Below, piece after piece: positions 16,424 through 27,174 of a stretch of 32,000 nt of DNA. The stretch spans positions 270,001 to 302,000 of the forward strand of contig CP064967.1 of assembly GCA_016699265.1 (NCBI GenBank), read 5' to 3'. The notes beneath the pieces are model-generated. The model had not been told where the DNA came from, made no database searches, and saw nothing but the letters and a program-made list of their open reading frames with translations. This DNA comes from Candidatus Saccharimonadota bacterium. GTDB taxonomy: Bacteria > Patescibacteriota > Microgenomatia > UBA1406 > GWC2-37-13. The number at the start of each line of letters is the position of its first letter. Within the stretch, counting starts at the first letter, position 1. The position numbers and the translations under genes are program-made.

Positions 16424-18157
16424 ATGAAAATACGAAACTTTGCAATTATAGCCCACATTGACCATGGCAAGTCTACCTTAGCTGATCGGCTCCTTGAGTT
16501 GACCGGAGTAGTTTCCAAGGACAAGCATGAGGAACAGATGCTAGACCGCAACCCTATCTCCCGCGAAAGAGGCATTACTATTAAGCTAGCTCCGGTGAGG
16601 ATGTACTTCGAGCATAACGGTGAAAAATTTCAGCTGAATCTAATCGACACTCCTGGCCATGTGGATTTCTCATACGAGGTTGATAGAACATTGTCGTGTG
16701 TTGAAGGAGCCGTCCTTTTAGTTGATGCGACTCAAGGAATTCAGGCTCAGACAATTGCCAATGCCTACAAGGCCATAGAGAAGAATCTAACCATTATTCC
16801 GGTAATCAACAAAGTCGACCTACCTCACGCAGATGTAGAAAAGACAAGGCGTCAGCTTGTGGACTTTCTCGGGATACAAGAGTCTGAGATTCACGAAATC
16901 TCTGCAAAAAGTGGCTTAGGTGTTTCAAAATTGCTAAATGACATAATTGAGAAGGTGCCCGAACCTTCGTTTAACAGTACTAATACCGAGCTTCAAAGTC
17001 TTATCTTCGATTCATATTACGATTCACACAAAGGAGTAATCGCTTTCGTTAGAGTCTTTGATGGTGCTGTGAAGAAAAGAGATAAGGTTCGCTTGATTGC
17101 TCATAAGAGTGTTTTTGAGGTAAGCGAGGTAGGAATTTTTCATCCTGAGTTGACTCCAACCGATTCTTTACAAAAAGGGGAAATAGGATATGTAGTGACA
17201 AACCTTAAGGATATTCATCAGGTAAGGGTTGGTGACAGCATCACCGCAGAAAAATCGTTAAATCCTGCTTTAGCCGGATACAAAAAAGTTAAGTCGATGG
17301 TTTTTGCATCGATGTTTCCCACAGACGCAGCAGACTATCTAAATTTAAAAAAAGCCTTAGATAAGCTGTATCTGAACGATTCATCTCTTGAGTTCACCCC
17401 GATCTTCAGCCAAGCACTTGGCGCTGGTTTTAGAGTTGGGTTTCTTGGATTGCTTCATGCCGATGTTGTTAGAGAGAGACTGGAGCGTGAGTACGAACTT
17501 AATCTGGTCTTAACTCCACCACAGGTTGAGTATAAATTTGAGAACAATACGTTTCTAGAACCCTATGTAAAGATATTTCTCGTAATGCCTCCGGAGTATC
17601 AGGGAGTCGTTATGACACTTTGCCAGGAGTATCGTGGAAGATTTATAACAATGGACAATAAAAATCAAGTAACCCTAACCTACGAAATGCCACTTGCCGA
17701 GATGATCTCAGATTTTTTTGATCGACTAAAAAGCGCAAGCTCTGGTTATGCATCCTTAGACTGGGAACTAGTAAGATACGAAGTGGTAAAAGCAGACAAA
17801 CTTACACTTCTAATTAATGGCGATCCAATTGAGGAATTTTCTGAGATAGTGGTTCAGGAAAGAGCGCAAGAAAAAGCTCAAGATCTCACAAAGAGACTAC
17901 GAGAGGTAATACATAGGCAACAGTATGAAATTAAAGTTCAGGGTCATTATAAAGGTAAGATTATCGCGTCCGAACGTATTGCGCCTTTTAGAAAAGATGT
18001 TCTTATGAAAGGAAGCAAAGCTGTTGGAGGAGGAGATGTCGGACGCAAGCGAAAGGTTCTTGAGAAGCAGAAAGAGGGAAAGAAAAAGATGAAGATGATT
18101 GGAAAGGTTGAAATTCCAAAAGAAGCATTTATCAAACTCTTCAATAAAAAATCGTAG
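16424..18157 (+). CDS. lepA: Elongation factor 4 (LepA)
   Basis: MKIRNFAIIAHIDHGKSTLADRL, DTPGHVDF and NKVD GTPase motifs, plus a LepA-type C-terminus (GGGDVGRKRKVLEKQKEGKKKMK). Start trimmed from the track's 16379. Confidence 0.95.
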   Translation: MKIRNFAIIAHIDHGKSTLADRLLELTGVVSKDKHEEQMLDRNPISRERGITIKLAPVRMYFEHNGEKFQLNLIDTPGHVDFSYEVDRTLSCVEGAVLLVDATQGIQAQTIANAYKAIEKNLTIIPVINKVDLPHADVEKTRRQLVDFLGIQESEIHEISAKSGLGVSKLLNDIIEKVPEPSFNSTNTELQSLIFDSYYDSHKGVIAFVRVFDGAVKKRDKVRLIAHKSVFEVSEVGIFHPELTPTDSLQKGEIGYVVTNLKDIHQVRVGDSITAEKSLNPALAGYKKVKSMVFASMFPTDAADYLNLKKALDKLYLNDSSLEFTPIFSQALGAGFRVGFLGLLHADVVRERLEREYELNLVLTPPQVEYKFENNTFLEPYVKIFLVMPPEYQGVVMTLCQEYRGRFITMDNKNQVTLTYEMPLAEMISDFFDRLKSASSGYASLDWELVRYEVVKADKLTLLINGDPIEEFSEIVVQERAQEKAQDLTKRLREVIHRQQYEIKVQGHYKGKIIASERIAPFRKDVLMKGSKAVGGGDVGRKRKVLEKQKEGKKKMKMIGKVEIPKEAFIKLFNKKS

Positions 18158-18159
18158 AA

Positions 18160-19029
18160 CTAGACGGTCTCCCAGTTTATATCGGCATTGGTCTTCATGA
18201 AGGTATACTGGCGTTTGGCGTACTGGACCTCTTTATTAATCCATTCAGTCTTTGCATCCTCAAGAGTTATCCGGCCCTCGAGATGTTCGATTAGTTGTCT
18301 GTACCCGATTGTCTGTAGACCATGATCTGTTTTTTTGTAACCCTTCTTTAGTAGTTTTTGAACTTCTTCTACGGCACCCTGCTTGAGACGCTTCTCTACT
18401 CTTTCGGTCACGGCCCTTACTAATGACTCTCGGTCTTTATGTTTGAGGCCGATTATTTTGAGATTAGTTGAGTCAACAATTAAAGGATTAACGAATTCAC
18501 GAATTAACGAATTGGCCTTTAAGCCTTTTAAAATTTCAATCTTGCGAATGAGACGACGAGGATTATTTCGATCGCTGTTGTTTAGCGATTCGTATGCTTT
18601 TTCATTTATGAAAATTAATTTATTTTGTAGTTCGACTAATGAAAACTTTTCAAGCGCTTCTCTAAGTTCTTGATTTTCCGGAACATTTATACTTTGACCG
18701 TACAAGAGATGTTTTGTGTATAGATAAGTTCCTCCAACAACAATTGGGGTTTTTTTTCTTTTTTGAATATCTGCAATTGCCCTCGAAGCGTACTGAACAA
18801 AGTCGAATGAGGAAAATGGTTTGTCAGGAGTTATAACATCAATAAGACGTATAGGAACATCATTTTTCTCAAGCATCTCTTTGTCTTTGCCAGTAATAAT
18901 GTCGAGTAATTTGTAGACCTGTCTGGAGTCGGAGCTTATCAATTCACCATCTAGTTTTTTAGCGTAGTCGAGTGCAAGTTTGGTTTTGCCTGTTGCCGTT
19001 TGGCCCGTAATGACAATTAAATCATTCAT
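18160..19029 (-). CDS. miaA: tRNA dimethylallyltransferase
   Basis: ITGQTATGKTKLALDYAKKL..ELISSDSRQVYKLLDIITGK P-loop and substrate motifs. Its start overlaps the folD stop (TAATG). Confidence 0.9.
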   Translation of the reverse strand: MNDLIVITGQTATGKTKLALDYAKKLDGELISSDSRQVYKLLDIITGKDKEMLEKNDVPIRLIDVITPDKPFSSFDFVQYASRAIADIQKRKKTPIVVGGTYLYTKHLLYGQSINVPENQELREALEKFSLVELQNKLIFINEKAYESLNNSDRNNPRRLIRKIEILKGLKANSLIREFVNPLIVDSTNLKIIGLKHKDRESLVRAVTERVEKRLKQGAVEEVQKLLKKGYKKTDHGLQTIGYRQLIEHLEGRITLEDAKTEWINKEVQYAKRQYTFMKTNADINWETV

Positions 19030-19904
19030 TAGCTCGCAAGTTGAAGTTCTGCAGCATTAATCAGGTTTTTGTATAAAAATAGTACATCAAGTGGTCCTGT
19101 TCCATTTGGAGTTTGCGTGTACCAGCTTGCAATATTTTTTACCTCATCTTCGTCATAATCACCACGTAGTTTAGTACCGATTTTATGTAGTCCTGTGTTT
19201 ATGAGAATAACACCCTTTTTGAGCATCTCAGGCTTGATCACTTTCTTACCAACTGAGGTAATGATAATGTCAGCCTCTCTGTAGTACTGGTCTGGGTCGT
19301 GAGTTCTACTGTTTACATTAATAAAGCCAACTCTGAACTCTTGTAACGCTTGTGCGATGGGATGCCCTCCTGTTACGCCACTTCCTACAAGTACTATCTT
19401 TTTATGCTTAAGCATTTGCTTAAAAAGAACTTTATCGTTTACTGTGTCGGGATAGATCGCCTTTTTATGCTCGTGAGGGCTTGCTATAAACTTCAGTAAC
19501 GAGATAACTGCAAGACCAAGAGGAGGTAGATGTGGCGACTTTGTCCTATGGCCTTCTATATCCTTTACTGAAGGAATATAGTTGTATAAAGTATCGCTCT
19601 GCACATGCGATGGCAGTGGTAACTGGATTATGACTCCGGTTGTGTTTGGTCTATGTGCAAGTTCACGAAGTTTTGTTGCAAACTCAAGAAATGGTGGGCA
19701 TTTTTTAAAGTGAGAGAACTCAAACTCAACTCCAATTTCCGCTGCAACCTTTTTCTTTATGGCAACGAAAGAGAGTTGATCTGCGGCAGTTCCAATAAGT
19801 ACAGTAGTAAGCTTAGGCGTCGCTCCTCTTTTTTTAAGATCGGCAACTCGCTTTTTTAGGTCCTGTTTTAACGAAATAGATATTTCGCTACATGGGATTT
19901 TCAT
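19029..19904 (-). CDS. folD: Bifunctional methylenetetrahydrofolate dehydrogenase/cyclohydrolase
   Basis: GVIIQLPLP and VLVGSGVTGGHPIAQAL motifs; 291 aa. Confidence 0.9.
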   Translation of the reverse strand: MKIPCSEISISLKQDLKKRVADLKKRGATPKLTTVLIGTAADQLSFVAIKKKVAAEIGVEFEFSHFKKCPPFLEFATKLRELAHRPNTTGVIIQLPLPSHVQSDTLYNYIPSVKDIEGHRTKSPHLPPLGLAVISLLKFIASPHEHKKAIYPDTVNDKVLFKQMLKHKKIVLVGSGVTGGHPIAQALQEFRVGFINVNSRTHDPDQYYREADIIITSVGKKVIKPEMLKKGVILINTGLHKIGTKLRGDYDEDEVKNIASWYTQTPNGTGPLDVLFLYKNLINAAELQLAS

Positions 19905-19980
19905 GTTGTGTAGAATGCTGAAAAGGATTTCAGCTTATTCTGATGCTCTATTATACCAAACTTAATGTGAATGGATATCC

Positions 19981-22503
19981 TTAAAGCAGTGTGGCAGTGG
20001 AGACCTTATCTCCTGCCTGCGAAAATCTCATAAGTATGACTCCTTTTGCACTCCTTGATCTAGAAGGAATGTCCTTAAGTGGGATCTTTACGACTTGTCC
20101 TTGAGAGCTAGTGATAATTACTCCCTCATCGCCATCTTGCACTATTTCTACGAAGGCAATTTTCCCCATCTTATCGTCAACTGACGCAACCTTAACGCCT
20201 TTCCCTGCTCTGTGCTGACCTTTGAAATTAGATAGCTGAGTTTTTTTACCAACTCCCCTTTCTCCTATTACGAATAGATTTTGTTTAAACTCCTCAGATC
20301 CAAATGCATGAGCTGCAATGACTGCATTATTGTTTTCTAGTGTAATTCCTTTGACGCCCATTGAAGATCGTCCTGTTGGCCTTATCTCAGACTCGTTAAA
20401 GACTATTGCTTTTCCATCACGAGTTGTGAGAATGATGTGTTTTTTTCCATCGGTGAGGCCGACCCACAATAGTTCATCTTTTGCGTCAAGTTTAATGGCG
20501 ACTATGCCGTTCGTTCGAATATGTGCGAACTGATCGAATGGCGTTTTTTTCACAGTACCGTCTTTCGTAGACATGAGAACAAAGGTGGTGTTGACCATCG
20601 GTGAATCTTTGTCATATGTGAGCAGAGATGTGATTTTTTCTTCAGGCCGAAGGGTTACAAGATTTGCAACAGCTTTACCTTTTGAGGTTCTTGTTCCAAG
20701 TGGAATTTCCCAGACGCGTGTTTGAAAGACTCTTCCTTGATTTGAGAAGAACAAGATGTAGTCGTGAGCCATTGCGGTCTTCACAAATGCCACATTATCG
20801 GTGTCCTTTGTCTCTATTCCCATCACTCCCTTTCCTCCTCGGTTCTGGACCTTAAATGTCTGTCTATCCACCTGCTTGATGTATCCTTCTTTGGTCATCA
20901 CAACTATTACCTCTTTGTTCTCAATAAGTTGTTCATCGGTGATCTCTCCTGGTCTTGATTTAATTACCTTGGTACGACGCTCATCACCAAACTTTGTCTT
21001 AAGCTCAGCAATCTCATCCTTAATAACTCCAAGAATCTTGAATACATCTTTCAGAAGACCCTCTAAATATGCTATTTTCTTTTTTAGTTCTTTGAGTTCT
21101 TCTTCAATCTTTGCTCTCTCGAGACCCGTTAATCGTTTCAACTGCATGTCGAGAATCGACTGTGCTTGTATTTCTGAAAGCTTAAACTTCGCCATTAAGC
21201 TCGTTTTGGCCTCAGGCTCATTTTTGGAAGTTTTAATGACCTTGATTACCTCATCGATGTGGTCTAGTGCGATTAGGTATCCTTCCAGAATATGCGCTCG
21301 ATACTTAGCCTGTGCAAGCTCGTACTCAGATCGTTTAACAATCACCGTTACTCTATGTTTTATGTAGTGTTCAAGAATTGGCTTGAGACCGAGAGTTTGA
21401 GGAATGCCGTCAACAAGCGCAACAATGTTTGCAGGGAAGGTAGTCTGTAGTTCGGTAAACTTAAATAAATTATTTAGTACTTTTTTATACGAAGCATCAC
21501 GCTTTAGCTCAATAACTACACGAATGCCGTCTCTGTCTGACTCATCTCGCAGATCCGATATGCCAACCATTTTTTTATCGTTTACTAAGTTCGCAATCTT
21601 CTCAACCAAATTAGCTTTATTTACCTGATACGGAAGTTGCGTAATTACGATTGCCTGTCTACCACGGTCTAGCTCCTCCTCCTCTACAACTCCTCGAATG
21701 AGAATTTTTCCGCGTCCGGTTGCGTATACTTCTTGGATTTCTTTTGCTCCATAAATTACACCGTAAGTTGGGAAATCAGGACCCTTTACATACTCCAAAA
21801 GCTCTTCTGTAGTTGTCTGATAGCTGAGTCTTAACATATCTTGCTTGGCCTCCGTGACGACTTTCTTTTTTGCGTCTATCGTTGCAAGGACGGCTTTATC
21901 TATTGAGAATGTAATTGCATCGATCAGCTCAGCAAGATTATGAGGTGGAATTTTTGTAGCCATGCCTACTGCAATTCCCTCTGCTCCCATGAGAAGTAGA
22001 TTGGGAAGTTTGGCTGGTAGAAATGTTGGTTCCTGTAGTCGTCCATCAAAGTTGTCGATATAGTCGACAGTCTCCTTTTCAATATCAAGTAGCAGCTCCT
22101 CAGCAATCTTGGCAAGCTTTACCTCTGTGTAACGCATAGCAGCTGGGGGGTCTCCATCGATAGATCCGAAGTTACCTTGTCCACGGATAAGCGGATAGCG
22201 CATAGTGAAGTCCTGTGCCATACGAGCTAAGGCTTCGTATACTGGCGAGTCACCATGTGGATGATACTTACCCAGAACTTCTCCGACCACTGACGCTGAC
22301 TTTGAGAACCGTGCACTGAAGTTCAGACCCATCTTATGCATCGCGAAAAGAATCCTTCTGTGTACTGGTTTTAAACCATCACGAACATCTGGTAGTGCTC
22401 GAGACACGATGACCGACATCGCGTAATCAAGATATGCTCGCTTCATCTCCGAGGCTATCTCGGTTTTTTGAACTCCTTTGTTGTTATATCCTTCGTCTGA
22501 CAT
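19981..22503 (-). CDS. gyrA: DNA gyrase subunit A
   Basis: 840 aa with [30 protein letters not shown] and C-terminal beta-pinwheel repeats. Intact. Confidence 0.97.
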   Translation of the reverse strand: MSDEGYNNKGVQKTEIASEMKRAYLDYAMSVIVSRALPDVRDGLKPVHRRILFAMHKMGLNFSARFSKSASVVGEVLGKYHPHGDSPVYEALARMAQDFTMRYPLIRGQGNFGSIDGDPPAAMRYTEVKLAKIAEELLLDIEKETVDYIDNFDGRLQEPTFLPAKLPNLLLMGAEGIAVGMATKIPPHNLAELIDAITFSIDKAVLATIDAKKKVVTEAKQDMLRLSYQTTTEELLEYVKGPDFPTYGVIYGAKEIQEVYATGRGKILIRGVVEEEELDRGRQAIVITQLPYQVNKANLVEKIANLVNDKKMVGISDLRDESDRDGIRVVIELKRDASYKKVLNNLFKFTELQTTFPANIVALVDGIPQTLGLKPILEHYIKHRVTVIVKRSEYELAQAKYRAHILEGYLIALDHIDEVIKVIKTSKNEPEAKTSLMAKFKLSEIQAQSILDMQLKRLTGLERAKIEEELKELKKKIAYLEGLLKDVFKILGVIKDEIAELKTKFGDERRTKVIKSRPGEITDEQLIENKEVIVVMTKEGYIKQVDRQTFKVQNRGGKGVMGIETKDTDNVAFVKTAMAHDYILFFSNQGRVFQTRVWEIPLGTRTSKGKAVANLVTLRPEEKITSLLTYDKDSPMVNTTFVLMSTKDGTVKKTPFDQFAHIRTNGIVAIKLDAKDELLWVGLTDGKKHIILTTRDGKAIVFNESEIRPTGRSSMGVKGITLENNNAVIAAHAFGSEEFKQNLFVIGERGVGKKTQLSNFKGQHRAGKGVKVASVDDKMGKIAFVEIVQDGDEGVIITSSQGQVVKIPLKDIPSRSRSAKGVILMRFSQAGDKVSTATLL

Positions 22504-22525
22504 ATTTTATAAATTTATAAGTACC

Positions 22526-22550
22526 CTAATTAATCTAATTAACCTAAACA
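22526..22550. repeat. 25-nt intergenic repeat module (inverted copy of 31731-31755, 24/25 identical)
   Basis: ctaattaatctaattaacctaaaca is the reverse complement of tgtttaggttaattagattaattag. Compare tgtttaggttaattaggttaattag at 31731-31755. Confidence 0.85.
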
Positions 22551-22581
22551 AGCACCAAGTTCTAAAAACCATTTTTAGGTC

Positions 22582-22610
22582 AATTAGAAATTAGATCAAT
22601 TAGGTCAATT
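22582..22610. repeat. 29-nt AATTAG-rich intergenic repeat (28/29 identical to 27937-27965)
   Basis: aattagaaattagatcaattaggtcaatt, abutting the ppa stop codon. Confidence 0.85.
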
Positions 22611-23125
22611 CACTTCATAGATTTCTTAATTGCTTCGATGGCTGCATCTTTTCCTAAGAAATCTTTTGTTTTCACCCACTTATTAGGCTCAAGATCTTTG
22701 TAATGATCGAAGTAGTGTTTGATTTTTTTCTTCACGATTTCATCCAGCTGATCGACAGAATCGATATGTGCATGAAACGGGTCCGCCTTTTTTGTTGGGA
22801 GAGCAATGATTTTTGTGTCAATTCCTGCCTCATCCTCCATTTCTAGCATACCAACAACTCTTGCCTCAATTCCTACACCTGGGTGAAGGGGGCTAGGGGT
22901 AATAACAAGCACGTCAAGAGGATCGCCATCTTCGCCATGTGTGCTTGGAATAAATCCATAGTTGGCTGGGAATGCCATGGTTGTGTAAGCAAAGCGATCA
23001 ACCATCACCATCTCGCTATCTTTATCGACCTCGTACTTAATGTACGATCCTTCTGGGATCTCTATAACGGCCATAATCTCACCCTTCATTGGGTCTTTTC
23101 CGGCGGAAAGTTTTGATAAATTCAT
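22610..23125 (-). CDS. ppa: Inorganic pyrophosphatase (family I)
   Basis: VIEIPEGSYIKYEVDKDSEMVMVDRF...YGFIPSTHGEDGDPLDVLV matches the family I PPase core. Confidence 0.92.
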   Translation of the reverse strand: MNLSKLSAGKDPMKGEIMAVIEIPEGSYIKYEVDKDSEMVMVDRFAYTTMAFPANYGFIPSTHGEDGDPLDVLVITPSPLHPGVGIEARVVGMLEMEDEAGIDTKIIALPTKKADPFHAHIDSVDQLDEIVKKKIKHYFDHYKDLEPNKWVKTKDFLGKDAAIEAIKKSMK

Positions 23126-23148
23126 ATATTAAAAATTTAATTTATAAC

Positions 23149-25067
<1,919 letters not shown>

Positions 25068-25120
25068 ATGTTAGCCTTAAGTCTAGCAAAAAAATAGGCC
25101 CAAGTCTAGCCGTAATATAT

Positions 25121-25165
25121 AAAAAAATCCCCCGAAGTTCGGGGGATTTAAAATTTCTTTTTTAG
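25121..25165 (-). terminator. Rho-independent terminator downstream of rplL (structurally bidirectional)
   Basis: Perfect hairpin AAATCCCCCG-aagtt-CGGGGGATTT at 25125-25149. It is flanked by an A7 run on one side and a T-rich run on the other, so the minus strand reads stem-loop then TTTTTTT. Confidence 0.8.
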
Positions 25166-25186
25166 ATCCCCGATCAAGCCGGGGAT
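25166..25186 (-). terminator. Second GC hairpin immediately after the rplL stop (no U-tract)
   Basis: ATCCCCG-atcaagc-CGGGGAT: 7-bp stem and 7-nt loop, in tandem with the terminator above. Confidence 0.4.
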
Positions 25187-25195
25187 GGAATTAAA

Positions 25196-25582
25196 TTACT
25201 TTAATTCCACTTTAGCACCTGCTGCTTCAAGTTTCTTTTTTGCATCTTCTGCTGGTTCCTTCTTAACATCTTTAAGAATGTCTTGAGGAGCTGATTCTGC
25301 AACCTTCTTAGCTTCCATCAATCCGAGTTGAGGATTAATTTCGCGTAGGGCTTTAATAACACCAAGTTTGTTGTCTCCTGCTGCTGTTAGAACAACGGTA
25401 AATGAGGTTTTTTCCTCAGCCGCTTCAGCTGGTGCTGCTGCTCCTGCTGGTGCTGCTACTGCTGCCATTGCGGTGACACCAAACTTTTCTTCTAAGTAAG
25501 AAGCAAGTTCTGCTACCTCAACTACAGTAAGTCCTTCGATCTGTTCTGCGATTTTTTTTGTTTTATCTGATAATTCTGCCAT
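25196..25582 (-). CDS. rplL: 50S ribosomal protein L7/L12
   Basis: [27 protein letters not shown], an Ala-rich hinge and the C-terminal domain [19 protein letters not shown] good SD (GGGGGTGA) lies 8 nt upstream. Confidence 0.95.
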   Translation of the reverse strand: MAELSDKTKKIAEQIEGLTVVEVAELASYLEEKFGVTAMAAVAAPAGAAAPAEAAEEKTSFTVVLTAAGDNKLGVIKALREINPQLGLMEAKKVAESAPQDILKDVKKEPAEDAKKKLEAAGAKVELK

Positions 25583-25654
25583 GTATGTGTCACCCCCAAT
25601 CTTAATTTGAATTTCGAAATTCGAAATTTGAATTCAATTTAGAATTTTTAATAA

Positions 25655-25960
25655 TCAGTTAGCTTGCTTTGCTCTTTCTTTTAATACTAGTGTTAATTTC
25701 GAAATGTTGAACTTTAGCGCATATACCAACTTGCTAGATGGAGACTTGAGTCCACCGATCAACTTGGCAATGAGCTCTTCCTTGGATGGAAGAATTGCGA
25801 TCTTTTGAAGATCGTCTGCAAGATAAACGGTATTGTCTAGAAGTCCTATCTTAAAAGATAGCGTCGCATCCTTTTTAGCAAATGTGTGAAAGGACTTTAA
25901 TGCCTTTGCATAGTCTTCACTAAGAGTAAGTACTGCTGTACTCTCTTTTAGTGGAAAGAT
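25655..25960 (-). CDS. rplJ: 50S ribosomal protein L10, C-terminal part (fragment 2; no Met, so absent from the ORF track)
   Basis: Manual translation gives FPLKESTAVLTLSEDYAKALKSFHTFAKKDATLSFKIGLLDNTVYLADDLQKIAILPSKEELIAKLIGGLKSPSSKLVYALKFNISKLTLVLKERAKQAN, with stop TGA at 25655-25657. This matches the L10 body and the L12-binding helix. Confidence 0.8.
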   Translation of the reverse strand: MFPLKESTAVLTLSEDYAKALKSFHTFAKKDATLSFKIGLLDNTVYLADDLQKIAILPSKEELIAKLIGGLKSPSSKLVYALKFNISKLTLVLKERAKQAN

Positions 25961-26193
25961 TTTTGAACCAACTCATTTACCTCTTTCATAGAAGCTGCTT
26001 TTGTCTGTAGGGCTTTCTGAAGTAAGGTATTTTTTACTACTCTGATCTGAGCTTGATGCTCTTTAAGACCCTTTCGCAGTTCTTCAAGGGACTTGTGCTT
26101 TGTTTTTTCGTACTTAACAAGTGCGAAGTTTGGGGTGCTGTTGAGAAGTTCAACAAGACTGACTACCTGTGTTTTTTTTGCTTGATTTGCCAT
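25948..26193 (-). CDS. rplJ: 50S ribosomal protein L10, N-terminal part (fragment 1 of one frameshifted gene)
   Basis: MANQAKKTQVVSLVELLNSTPNFALVKYEKT...IRVVKNTLLQKAL is an L10-like N-terminus. The frame change lies in the aaagattttt stretch at 25955-25964. Confidence 0.85.
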   Translation of the reverse strand: MANQAKKTQVVSLVELLNSTPNFALVKYEKTKHKSLEELRKGLKEHQAQIRVVKNTLLQKALQTKAASMKEVNELVQKSFH

Positions 26194-26270
26194 ATTTATT
26201 CACTGCTTAGGAACTTTATTTTATCCCGATTAATTCGGAAACCTAAGGTCTTTGTGAAAAGCGATGCTGT

Positions 26271-26299
26271 ATTATACCGTATCTCGTATCTCGTATCAA
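26271..26299 (-). promoter_or_regulatory. Near-consensus sigma70-type promoter for rplJ-rplL (TTGATA-17 nt-TATAAT)
   Basis: The minus strand reads TTGATAcgagatacgagatacggTATAAT. The -35 is at 26294-26299 and the -10 at 26271-26276, about 75 nt upstream of the rplJ ATG. Confidence 0.6.
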
Positions 26300-26317
26300 G
26301 CCTGCCTGTCGGCAGGC
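26300..26317. other. GC-rich hairpin GCCTGCC-tgtc-GGCAGGC between rpmE and the rplJ promoter
   Basis: 7-bp perfect stem with a 4-nt loop, flanked by CGTAT/ATACG-type short repeats. It has no clear U-tract on either strand. It could be a weak rpmE terminator or a protein-binding palindrome. Confidence 0.5.
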
Positions 26318-26369
26318 AGATATTTCGTATATTAATACGGAATACCGAATACCATATAAGTAATACGAT

Positions 26370-26666
26370 TTAAAGATCTCCTAAGAGTTCTTTAAGCGAT
26401 TTAGGTTCGTTTTCTAGTGACTTGCCCTTCTTTTTAGACTTACCTACACCAGATTTCTGCATAGATTGCGCTAGTTGCTGTTTCTTTTGGAAGCTTTCTA
26501 CACGTCCTTTCGTATCAATGAATTTATGTTCACCGGTAAAGTACGGATGACATTTCGAGCACACATCAATTGAAATGCTTGGTTTCAAGGATTTGGTTTT
26601 GAAGGTGTTGCCGCAAGAACAGATAACGGTAGCTTCAATAAACTGTGGATGAATGGCTGCTTGCAT
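26370..26666 (-). CDS. rpmE: 50S ribosomal protein L31 (Cys-containing form) with a Lys-rich C-terminal extension
   Basis: IHPQFIEATVICSCGNTFKTKS...VCSKCHPYFTG is the L31 core. About 30 extra residues follow (KSGVGKSKKKGKSLENEPK...). Confidence 0.9.
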   Translation of the reverse strand: MQAAIHPQFIEATVICSCGNTFKTKSLKPSISIDVCSKCHPYFTGEHKFIDTKGRVESFQKKQQLAQSMQKSGVGKSKKKGKSLENEPKSLKELLGDL

Positions 26667-26711
26667 GAGATCATGTAGCGCAAAACGTGTAACGAGTAGC
26701 GCAAGAAACTA

Positions 26712-26725
26712 ATTATAGCACAAAA
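26712..26725 (-). promoter_or_regulatory. Extended -10 promoter candidate (sense TTTTGTGCTATAAT) upstream of rpmE
   Basis: Identical 14-mer to 6253-6266. It sits between the Nudix stop (26727) and the rpmE start. The predicted ~45-nt leader contains the direct repeat TTGCGCTAC x2. Confidence 0.45.
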
Positions 26726-26726
26726 T

Positions 26727-27173
26727 TCAGGCTATGTAATTCTTTTTGTATTTCAAAATTGTGTGATAGTGATCGAAGGCAAAGTCTTTTTCTGATGGTA
26801 GTTGATCAAGATCAAACCATCGAACATCTGAGACCTCCGAGTCTGCAACTCCGGACTGAGTAAGAGGTTTCATTACGTATACAAATGCTACATTTTGTCG
26901 GTCCTCTTGTGGACGGTCTGGATTATCTATAATTGTAAATAGCTTTACGACAACCGAATCATATCCGGTTTCTTCCTTCACCTCACGAACCACCGCCTGC
27001 TCTGCGGTCTCGTCACGATCGAGAAATCCTCCTGGGATGGCAAACTTACCGCCGTTAGTCAGGTGCTTCGCACGTTTTATGAGTAAGATTTTGCCGTGGT
27101 CAACAACAATGGCATCAACTACCAAATGACGTAGATTCGCTTCTCCACCATCCTCGAATTTGCAGGAAATCAT
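26727..27173 (-). CDS. Nudix hydrolase
   Basis: Nudix box GGFLDRDETAEQAVVREVKEETG. Confidence 0.85.
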   Translation of the reverse strand: MISCKFEDGGEANLRHLVVDAIVVDHGKILLIKRAKHLTNGGKFAIPGGFLDRDETAEQAVVREVKEETGYDSVVVKLFTIIDNPDRPQEDRQNVAFVYVMKPLTQSGVADSEVSDVRWFDLDQLPSEKDFAFDHYHTILKYKKNYIA

Positions 27174-27174
27174 C

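Noticed and set aside
19917-19934. Hairpin GCTGAAA-agga-TTTCAGC between gyrA and folD as the gyrA terminator
   Set aside because: It has no U-tract on the coding strand and lies downstream of a TATAAT (19950-19955). It may be a 5' UTR hairpin of folD, but it is AT-rich and short, so the evidence is too thin for a feature call.
20801-21367. 188-aa + strand ORF, together with 20318..20533, 20664..20855, 20764..20958 and 21404..21628, lying inside gyrA
   Set aside because: These are antisense to an intact, highly conserved gyrA. The peptides are low-complexity and Ser/Leu/Phe-rich, as expected from reverse reading of an AT-rich gene, and have no start signals.
22504-22612. AT-rich repeated spacers (also 27868-27954, 31641-31767 and 31380-31433) as a CRISPR array or MITE
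   Set aside because: The repeat units are 6-29 nt, irregularly spaced and single-copy per locus. There is no repeat-spacer periodicity, no cas genes, and no terminal inverted repeats with target-site duplications.
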